A stretch of DNA of 40,263 bases. It comes from a virus. The DNA is taken from IMG/VR virus record IMGVR_UViG_3300017782_000058, one strand, 5' to 3'. Both the position numbers and the translations under genes were made by a program. The notes beneath the pieces were generated by a model that saw only the letters and a program-made list of their open reading frames with translations, ran no database searches and was not told the origin of the DNA. Each line of letters opens with the position of its first letter. The stretch's first letter is position 1. Below, piece by piece: positions 1 to 7,478 of the stretch.

Positions 1-123
1 GGTCTGCCATTGTAAGCGATTTTTGCTCCTGTTGCAATATGTTCAACGCTTGTGCAAAAACCTTTCTAATCTGCGCCCTTTCTGGTGGGCCTTGCGGTGC
101 TTCCTTTTGACCATCTAAATATA
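1..123. repeat. Terminal direct repeat, copy 1. This is a circular-contig assembly overlap, not a biological DTR.
   Basis: Bases 1..123 are letter-for-letter identical to 40141..40263. The repeat ends exactly at the window edge and lies inside a continuous coding frame. Confidence 0.95.
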
Positions 124-3100
124 CAGTCTGCATATTGCCTGATTTACGCAGTTCATCACCAATGCTCATTCGCTTTTGATTTGCTTTAGGCTCACCCAAT
201 GTGTCGGTAACTACCTTTGCATTGGCCTCAACTGTCATTGGTGCAATCTGTGCCATAGCTACACGATTAGCAGGCTTCATGCTTGACTTTTGAATTGCGA
301 CAGCAACCTCGTCAATGTTTGACATTTTGATTTTCATCTTAATGATTTTTTCAAATGCCGCTTTGTCTTCTTTAGTCATTCCCTTAATCAAAGATTTCAT
401 GGCCTGACGTTTTACTTTTGCTTGCTTACTGTAGTCAGTGATTAGCGTCCCGGTCATGCGGCCCCAGGTACGCATTAACCACCTGTCCATAGTTAGCTGC
501 TCAAAGTGACCGTATAGGTTTGCAAAGAAACCATTACCAATCTTTGGCCCCAGGATAGCTGCGCCATAAACCATTGTGGTTTTGTTTTCACCAGATACCT
601 TTTTCCCAGTGAATGCCTCTACCTCTTTGACAGAATGCATGGTGGTCATGAAACCTTCAAATGCTTCAAAACCATACTGGTCAATCATTGTGTTATAGAA
701 ATCTAGACCGCCATTAATTGCGATAGTTGCCGTGCCATCACCTATGTCAGTAGGCATACGGCCATCAGCTTTAAACTTAGCGTATGCTTTTTCTGCTAGC
801 TCAAAATTTTTGTTTACCTTTAATCCATTTGATGTGACAGCCAGAGCCCAGGTAAATGCAAACTTAGCTTCGGGATCGGTGGCCACCTCTGGATGTATAA
901 GAGAAACCAAACGTAGCGCCTTAGTAATCTTTTCATCGTACCAGCCAACAGCATTTGGATTTGTTTGAATAGCAAACAGCGCATCTGACAGCACCGCATC
1001 AACAAGATATTTTTCTGTTGCTACAGAGAAATCAGATAAATCAACACCAGCTGCTTTTGCTGCTGTATTAACTCGATCCTGGATTGCCACCTTTAGATCA
1101 CGGTTTGTTGCAAATTGCTGCGACCCAGCAAATTCAAAACTGTTTTCTAGTTTGCTAACATCTAGGACGCTATCAGGTACGGGCTTGCCAGGGCGTTGCT
1201 CTCTTCCTCTTTGATAGAACACGCCTTCATCAACTCTAGGCGATACTCGAGGCAGATCTGCCAGGCCAGCTTCAGCGTTAATAGCAGTCACTTCGTTATC
1301 AGATAGAACCCTGATCACTTTCATGCTGCCCGAAATCAACCAGTCACCGGTCATGTTTGGATTTGTTTTGTATCTATAATGACCATCATTTGGGATCTGG
1401 TCTGTGATGTGTGCAGTTCGAGGAATGATCTCCCCGTTCTTGTTTCTGGTTGCACGTTCATTAGCTGTAGTCTGCCAGTCAACGTCAGCTGGAAGCTCTA
1501 CTAATGCCCACACCTGGTTGTCTGGTCTGTAATCTGGCTTTGTTTTGTCACGGCTTGTTTTGCCACCAATATGGCTTGCCATTGGCAAATCACCAGAATG
1601 CCAGCCTGGTCTAAACGCCAGCTCTCCAATTTTAGATTTAACTTTTCCTGACGCTACTTGCGGCCCAACTTCTGCCTCAATCCATTCATTAGTTTTGACC
1701 GGTGTGTTTGCATTCACAAACAAGGGGAACAATTCACCTGGCCTGTTTGGATCGATACGAAATAATTTATATGCCTGGACAGTATCTCGAGGCTCTAGCT
1801 TTCCTTGTTGGAATAGCGTCTTACCTGTTGTTTCATCAATACCTGACTGCTGCGCTTGTTCAATAGCCACCGCATCTGTATTTGCTTGCTGCAATATGTT
1901 TGCAGTTTCATTTGACCATGTGCCGCTATTAAACTGTGATTTGATTGCTTTGTTATCAAAGATTACAATCTCATTAGAATTGTCTCGACCACCTGGGTTA
2001 TTAGGCATAATAACGCCATCGTAACCTTCTGCAACAAGCCTGTCTCTAAAACCATCAGCTGCCTTGCGGCCACCTACTCTGATCTCTTGTTTCTCTTCCA
2101 GGGTTGCTATGTATGGATTTTCCAACCGGGCAAACATCGGCATGATGTTAGCGCCAACACCATCATCAGGTATTCTGCCAGTTCTTTTCTTTTGTGCTTT
2201 TTGTTCAGCATAAATTTTTGCAAGGGTGGGATCGTCTGTTGCATATACCCCAGTGCCTAGCCATCCAGTATCGTTTCTGTTTGGATGTTCAAAATCAAAT
2301 GCCTCAATACTGTCTGCAGTCCCATGATAAATAACTTTTGGCGAACCATCTTCATTTACTAATTTTGACTGACCAAAAAATTCTATAAACTCCGGGGTGT
2401 CAAATCTTGCATTGCCATTGTTATCGAACAGCTGTTGAGCTGCCTGGGCTTCTGGTTGTGCCGGCGCTCTAGCAGCTTGCTGCTGATTAACAATCTTATA
2501 CATATATTCGCTGTAAAAATCGGCAGGCAATATGTTCAGTTCAGAGGATTGCGTTACAACAAAATCACGCACAAAGTCTGCATAATTAGACGCGACATTA
2601 TTTGTGTATGCGCCGGTAGCTTTAATTTGATCCAGAATACTTTTACGTACTTGTGCTGCGCTTTCTTTAAATCCTTCTATTTCTGCATTCTTTTCTTCGA
2701 CAATACGCAACGCCTCTTCTGTCATAGCCTGGCGGTCTTTAACAAACTGCGCCGCCTCTGTTGCGCTCATGCTGTCTTCAGTAACTCGCATATGTGGCTG
2801 CAATGCAGTACCTAGATCTGTGCCAGCAATTTTTGCTGCGTACTCGCCTGTTTGAATTTTTACATCACCCTGGCCACCGGTTGCGTTTATCTCTTTCAGC
2901 TCTTCGGCTACTTGTGGTGAAACTGCCTCGAGCTGTTCCATTGTCACGCCATTAGATTTTAGCTGCTGATTTAAAATTTCAGCATCAATGTAAATGTCAG
3001 TAACATCCTTGCCGTTTGCAGTGTTTTGTATAAACGCCTGGAAAGCAGTCGGGTTTCTTTTCTTTGTCTTGCTATCGTTTGACAGTGTTGACAATTGCTC

Positions 3101-4399
3101 AATAAATGCAGTCTCTCTTGTAGATGCTTTTGCTTTTGTGTAGTTGCTGTAAAAACTAACACTTGCACCGGGTATAGCTAGCAACGCCATACCTTTGCCA
3201 ACTTTTTCAAATATCCCTATTAGCCTGGCTGAAATCTGGGCTCTACCTTCTTCAGTGGCTCCCAGTGCCTCAAACTCACCTTCACTAAATTCTTTTGCTA
3301 TCTCCGCACCAGCAATAGCTGAGATCTCTTGCAGCACCTCTGTAGAAACTTCTGCTGTCCATGTCTTGGCATATGTGCCAGCAAATGCTGCAAATGCTCT
3401 TCCTGTCCCTGGCTTTTTCATTGCCTGGGCAACATCTTTTGTCACCCTTTTCATTAATGCTTTTTTAAATGGGGCAGCAACAACGCTGACGCCAACAACC
3501 TCGAGAGCCGCATTGACTATACCAACACCAGACGATGCGTATTGTGCAACATCTTTGTCTATGCCTTCTTCAATCATTTCTAAATATGAATGACCGCTTT
3601 CTATTACATAACTTTCTGCACCCATCTTTGCTACAAAGCCGGCAAAGAAACCGCCAACAAATGCGCTTGGTACTGTTATAATTTCTTCTGGTGTCGCAAT
3701 CTGTGGCCCAACTTGCCCGGCAATACCAACAGCTGTTGCATAAGACATACCAGTGCCCAGGCCAAACTCAAAAGCCTTGGGCATAGTCTTTGACATTTGG
3801 CCAACAAACTCTGATGCATTTTCCCAGAAACCAGCGCCATCACCCTCTAGCTCTTGGATACGGGAATTGATTTCTCCGATCCTAGCATCAATGTTTTCTG
3901 ATGATTGCCCTGTTTGTTTAAGATTGCCCAGCCTGCCCAGCTCATCCACTAGCCGGCCTTTCTCAAAGCCTTGTGATGTATTGTTTGGAATATTTACTAC
4001 CCCATCAAACACAGTCTCGAGAACGCCTAGTCTTTCTGTATCGTCATGAGCAATTGCTGCAAACGCTGGATCTCTTAATTGCTGTGCCAGGAACGGGCTT
4101 TGTTTAGCGAGGTTGTTTTGAAATATATCAATTTGTTTCTTTTTTTCTTTTAATTTATTGATAGCCTCATCGCTGTCTATTTTAACATCTGGTGGCAGAT
4201 TTAGGCTCTGCTGTATTTTCTGAGCCTCACCAACTTTATCGGGATCGTTATTAGAAACTGATGACAGCATCTTTTTAAGGATCGCATCACTCTCAGCATT
4301 TTCACGCTCTATTAATTTTTCAAAAGGATTGGCTTTTATTTCGCCATAGTTCTGGCTTGGAGCCGCATCAATTAATTTATCAAATGGATTGTCGGCCAT
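1..4399 (-). CDS. N-terminal 1,466 codons of a giant (3,146 aa) polyvalent internal-virion/ejection protein. The ORF continues across the circular junction into 35099..40140.
   Basis: This ORF is absent from the ORF track because it has no in-window stop. I translated the minus strand from the ATG at 4399, which lies 2 nt after the TAA of the 778-aa gene: MADNPFDKLIDAAPSQNYGEIKANPFEKLIERENAESDAILKK... The frame (first codon bases = 1 mod 3) stays open to position 1. It is in phase with codon 46, which equals 40186, and reads ...KVFAQALNILQQEQKSLTMADL, the same as the track ORF start. It contains an ART-like module (..VIYHGT..GTGVYAT..NEIVIFDNKAIKS) and hydrophobic helices. Confidence 0.9.
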   Translation of the reverse strand, partial: MADNPFDKLIDAAPSQNYGEIKANPFEKLIERENAESDAILKKMLSSVSNNDPDKVGEAQKIQQSLNLPPDVKIDSDEAINKLKEKKKQIDIFQNNLAKQSPFLAQQLRDPAFAAIAHDDTERLGVLETVFDGVVNIPNNTSQGFEKGRLVDELGRLGNLKQTGQSSENIDARIGEINSRIQELEGDGAGFWENASEFVGQMSKTMPKAFEFGLGTGMSYATAVGIAGQVGPQIATPEEIITVPSAFVGGFFAGFVAKMGAESYVIESGHSYLEMIEEGIDKDVAQYASSGVGIVNAALEVVGVSVVAAPFKKALMKRVTKDVAQAMKKPGTGRAFAAFAGTYAKTWTAEVSTEVLQEISAIAGAEIAKEFSEGEFEALGATEEGRAQISARLIGIFEKVGKGMALLAIPGASVSFYSNYTKAKASTRETAFIEQLSTLSNDSKTKKRNPTAFQAFIQNTANGKDVTDIYIDAEILNQQLKSNGVTMEQLEAVSPQVAEELKEINATGGQGDVKIQTGEYAAKIAGTDLGTALQPHMRVTEDSMSATEAAQFVKDRQAMTEEALRIVEEKNAEIEGFKESAAQVRKSILDQIKATGAYTNNVASNYADFVRDFVVTQSSELNILPADFYSEYMYKIVNQQQAARAPAQPEAQAAQQLFDNNGNARFDTPEFIEFFGQSKLVNEDGSPKVIYHGTADSIEAFDFEHPNRNDTGWLGTGVYATDDPTLAKIYAEQKAQKKRTGRIPDDGVGANIMPMFARLENPYIATLEEKQEIRVGGRKAADGFRDRLVAEGYDGVIMPNNPGGRDNSNEIVIFDNKAIKSQFNSGTWSNETANILQQANTDAVAIEQAQQSGIDETTGKTLFQQGKLEPRDTVQAYKLFRIDPNRPGELFPLFVNANTPVKTNEWIEAEVGPQVASGKVKSKIGELAFRPGWHSGDLPMASHIGGKTSRDKTKPDYRPDNQVWALVELPADVDWQTTANERATRNKNGEIIPRTAHITDQIPNDGHYRYKTNPNMTGDWLISGSMKVIRVLSDNEVTAINAEAGLADLPRVSPRVDEGVFYQRGREQRPGKPVPDSVLDVSKLENSFEFAGSQQFATNRDLKVAIQDRVNTAAKAAGVDLSDFSVATEKYLVDAVLSDALFAIQTNPNAVGWYDEKITKALRLVSLIHPEVATDPEAKFAFTWALAVTSNGLKVNKNFELAEKAYAKFKADGRMPTDIGDGTATIAINGGLDFYNTMIDQYGFEAFEGFMTTMHSVKEVEAFTGKKVSGENKTTMVYGAAILGPKIGNGFFANLYGHFEQLTMDRWLMRTWGRMTGTLITDYSKQAKVKRQAMKSLIKGMTKEDKAAFEKIIKMKIKMSNIDEVAVAIQKSSMKPANRVAMAQIAPMTVEANAKVVTDTLGEPKANQKRMSIGDELRKSGNMQTVYLDGQKEAPQGPPERAQIRKVFAQALNILQQEQKSLTMAD

Positions 4400-4401
4400 C
4401 T

Positions 4402-6738
4402 TTATTGTCCCAGACTTGATATATATTTGTCAGCCTCTGCTGCATTCTTAGGCCGATTAGCTCTGATCCACAATTCAGCAATCTTCTGTTCTGACACTGG
4501 AATACGTTTATTATTAAACCCAGATATAATTAGCGCTCGAACACCAGCTGGGATTGATGTCATATAAATTTGTTCACCGCCTACATTAACGTATGCATCT
4601 TCGAGCTGGTCAGGATCGAGCGATGATACAGGCACAGAGGGATCTCTGCCGAGCTCATCGAGCATAACTTTGTCCATAAGCAGATCATTTAAAATACCTT
4701 GTTTCTTGTCTCGACTTATTGGATTGTTGCCATTCTCAATTTGCGCCATGTCAACTCTGGTTTTCCAGGCTTCTGTAATTTGTATGTAATCCATTTTTTC
4801 TTTGTCATTGCCTTTGGACAGATCGTCAAAACCCATACGGTTTAATGTTGTGTCCAGCATATTGCCATCGACAGATGCCGATATAAAGTTTTTGCCCCCC
4901 TGGGTGCTAGCCTCAATACCAGCTGCTACAAATGATTTGTACTGGCTTTCGGATAACAGAGGTCTGAATTTTTCGATGTTTCCTGTAAGCATTAGAGAAG
5001 GGTCTTTTAAAATCTTGATAACAGTATCTGGATCATCGCCACGGTTCGGGCCTTCACGTAAAGCTGCTTTGTCTTCTGGCCTAATAGAATTCCATTGGGC
5101 CGGCGGTATATCTTGCCAGCCGCCTATTCTGGCAAACGCAACGTCTTGAGCTTGCTGGTGCATCTGAGAATAATTTGTTTCTTGAAAGTTTGTTTTCTCG
5201 GTATGCCAGGCTTTTATATATGTCTCAGCATGATCTAGCTTATCTGGATCTTTTATTGTGTCTCTAGCTTGCTTCAACATATCTTCTAATAAAGGCACAC
5301 CAGTGTTTTTATCTGTTCGGTACATTTGTTCTGCTGTCGTATAGCCTTCCCCACTTAAAGCGGTGTAGTCTACTTTTGACCCTATGAATGCTATATCGCT
5401 TTGCATTAGATCTACATGGTCACCTTTTGTGGTGGGCTGTAGAACGCCATCAATTTTTAATCCAAACTTGTTTTTTATTGCTTCGTTTGCAGCGAACATT
5501 GCTTTGTCTAAAACTACTGCAGGGTCACCCTTTTTGCCACCAGCATCTCTAAAAATTTTATCTGCAGCATTCACGCCTAATTTGCTTATAAGGTATAAAT
5601 GCATAGCCCGGTGCTCCGGTACTACACTCATATAGTCAGATGCGTTTTGCATAATCTGCAGTTGTTCTAATGCATCTTCCTGGTTCAGATCCATGACAGG
5701 AATACCATCATTCATGTGCAGCCCAAATCTAACCGGGCCACCAGCACCATCGTTGGCAAGGTATCCACTAGGCAATGTTTGTAAAAACTTAGCCTGGTCT
5801 TCATATATAAAACTGTTTGGATTACCTGTGAAATTTACAATTGATTTTCCTATATCTGTGCCAGCTTGCTTTTCATAGCCTGTTCTGATGGTTCCAATAT
5901 ATCTATTAGATACCTCGCTGCCTATCGTGCCTTGCTGCATATTAGTTTGCAGATATGCCATAGCTTTAAAATAGTCTTCATCAGCAACCATCGCGCCTAG
6001 TGCGCCTTCATGGATAGTGTCAAACGTACTCGCCATTAATTGTTTACGCTGCCAGCTGTCTTTTGATCCTTCAATATTTGGATCTTGTTTTTCCCAGCCC
6101 TGCTCATCTGCATAATCAGATGCAGCTTTTATAGCTGCTGCTGTATTGATTGTGTATTGACCAGTAGGGTCTGTCCAATCTTGATAGGCCATGCCAGCAT
6201 TTTTTGCTAACACGTTTACATGGGCTTTCTTTTCAGCATCAGCATACTTGCGCTGCTCGACAATAGAATGCCTGGCCATTGTGCTTGATGCGGAACGAAT
6301 AGAGCTGGCCGACATTGATTGAAGCATATACTTCTGTTTGTCGTTATCAGCTCGGTCTAAATATGAACCTAGCTTGCCTTCTAAATCGTTTATTGTCTGG
6401 TCAAAAACAGATATGGTAGCGCCTGTCTCGGGATCTTTACCCACCGACATAACAGCGCCTGGCCCTCTTGTAGATAGATAGTCTAGCTGAACGCCCTCGA
6501 GCTCGGTTGCAAACTCATTGTATAATTGTTTTGCTTTTGCATCATCCAGCTCATCTTGTAGCTGTCTAGAAATAATGCTTAATTGCTTGCCTTCTTTTTG
6601 TAGAGCCGCACCAAACTTTTGCTGGGATATTGCCTGATAGTTTTGTACCGGCGTAACACCTTGTCCTTGGAACCCTGCTGCTGATCCAACCTCTACGCCT
6701 ACTGTGGGTGTTTCCTGTAACGGTACTCTAGCCATCAT
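4402..6738 (-). CDS. Internal virion (core/ejection) protein, analogue of the T7 gp15 position
   Basis: A 778-aa ORF. It sits downstream of the nozzle and the small internal virion protein, and directly upstream (2-nt gap) of the giant ejection protein. I recognised no enzymatic motif. Confidence 0.55.
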   Translation of the reverse strand: MMARVPLQETPTVGVEVGSAAGFQGQGVTPVQNYQAISQQKFGAALQKEGKQLSIISRQLQDELDDAKAKQLYNEFATELEGVQLDYLSTRGPGAVMSVGKDPETGATISVFDQTINDLEGKLGSYLDRADNDKQKYMLQSMSASSIRSASSTMARHSIVEQRKYADAEKKAHVNVLAKNAGMAYQDWTDPTGQYTINTAAAIKAASDYADEQGWEKQDPNIEGSKDSWQRKQLMASTFDTIHEGALGAMVADEDYFKAMAYLQTNMQQGTIGSEVSNRYIGTIRTGYEKQAGTDIGKSIVNFTGNPNSFIYEDQAKFLQTLPSGYLANDGAGGPVRFGLHMNDGIPVMDLNQEDALEQLQIMQNASDYMSVVPEHRAMHLYLISKLGVNAADKIFRDAGGKKGDPAVVLDKAMFAANEAIKNKFGLKIDGVLQPTTKGDHVDLMQSDIAFIGSKVDYTALSGEGYTTAEQMYRTDKNTGVPLLEDMLKQARDTIKDPDKLDHAETYIKAWHTEKTNFQETNYSQMHQQAQDVAFARIGGWQDIPPAQWNSIRPEDKAALREGPNRGDDPDTVIKILKDPSLMLTGNIEKFRPLLSESQYKSFVAAGIEASTQGGKNFISASVDGNMLDTTLNRMGFDDLSKGNDKEKMDYIQITEAWKTRVDMAQIENGNNPISRDKKQGILNDLLMDKVMLDELGRDPSVPVSSLDPDQLEDAYVNVGGEQIYMTSIPAGVRALIISGFNNKRIPVSEQKIAELWIRANRPKNAAEADKYISSLGQ

Positions 6739-6745
6739 ATAATCC

Positions 6746-7408
6746 TTATTTTAGTTTCACGGTTGAAGGACTACCGCTAGCTGCTGGATTGTTGGCCAGT
6801 TGAGAGTACAGTTGAGCTGATTGCGTATCTTGATAATATCCGCGCATCATATTGCCAGCCCCTGTAAGCAGTGTCGTTGACATATTTAAAAAACTGTCGA
6901 TTGATTTAGCGCTAGCAAATGTGTTCCTTGCAGACATCCCAAGCATATCGCTAGCTATTGTAGTGTTAACGCCACGCAGACGCATATCGTTTGCTGCCTT
7001 AACTTTGTTACTATTCATTGTTAACAGATCAATTTCTTTCATAATCTCAGAGCTAGCAAAAGCATTTGCTGTACTGCCTACACTGATATCTATGCCCCTT
7101 GCACGCATCGATGTTTTGGCAGTTGATTTAGCTGCGCCTGCTTTGAGTGTCTGTATTTGAATTTGTTTATTGTATGCCCGGTAGATCTGTTGAGCTTGTT
7201 TTTCTTGCATCCGGCCAGTAATTTTTGCCATGTCTCGCTTGTGCTCTAGACTAAGCGCCTGGCTTTTTAACTGGTACTTTTTTGCTTCATCAGCGTAGTA
7301 CCCACCAAAAATAGAATTGATTGCACCACCAACTTGTAGGATTGGCCCCATCTCTGCAAAGCTGTCTATTGTACTTTGACTGAAGCCAAATGGATTTGCC
7401 GTAGACAT
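6746..7408 (-). CDS. Small internal virion protein, analogue of the T7 gp13/gp14 position
   Basis: A 220-aa ORF with a Gly-rich hydrophobic N-terminal segment (ILQVGGAINSIFGGYY) followed by a Gln/Lys-rich helical region. An AGAGG ribosome-binding site lies upstream. The function is assigned from position only. Confidence 0.5.
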   Translation of the reverse strand: MSTANPFGFSQSTIDSFAEMGPILQVGGAINSIFGGYYADEAKKYQLKSQALSLEHKRDMAKITGRMQEKQAQQIYRAYNKQIQIQTLKAGAAKSTAKTSMRARGIDISVGSTANAFASSEIMKEIDLLTMNSNKVKAANDMRLRGVNTTIASDMLGMSARNTFASAKSIDSFLNMSTTLLTGAGNMMRGYYQDTQSAQLYSQLANNPAASGSPSTVKLK

Positions 7409-7467
7409 TAGGTCAACACCTCTTCTAAATTTTTAATTATTCTGACAGTACAGACAATCTACCCAGT

Positions 7468-7478
7468 TACGGGCACAC
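7468..7478 (-). promoter_or_regulatory. Variant copy (GTGTGCCCGTA) of the conserved strand-specific motif, in the nozzle / internal-virion intergenic region
   Basis: The minus strand reads TAG-TGTGCCCGTAACTGGG directly after the nozzle stop codon. It shares the 9-mer GTGCCCGTA with the copies at 13.4, 16.5 and 35.1 kb. Confidence 0.4.

Noticed and set aside
1-123. The 123-bp terminal repeat as a genuine T7-like direct terminal repeat
   Set aside because: It is cut off by the window edge and lies in the middle of an open reading frame with no flanking non-coding DNA. This is typical of an assembler overlap on a circular or permuted genome.
732-4049. Plus-strand track ORFs in the first 4.4 kb (for example 1545..2024, 2435..2815, 3195..3593, 3753..4049)
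   Set aside because: Their translations are low-complexity Ser/Pro/Cys/Leu-rich strings, typical of the antisense shadow of a real gene. The opposite strand carries one continuous, protein-like frame (the giant ORF). None of them has a convincing ribosome-binding site.
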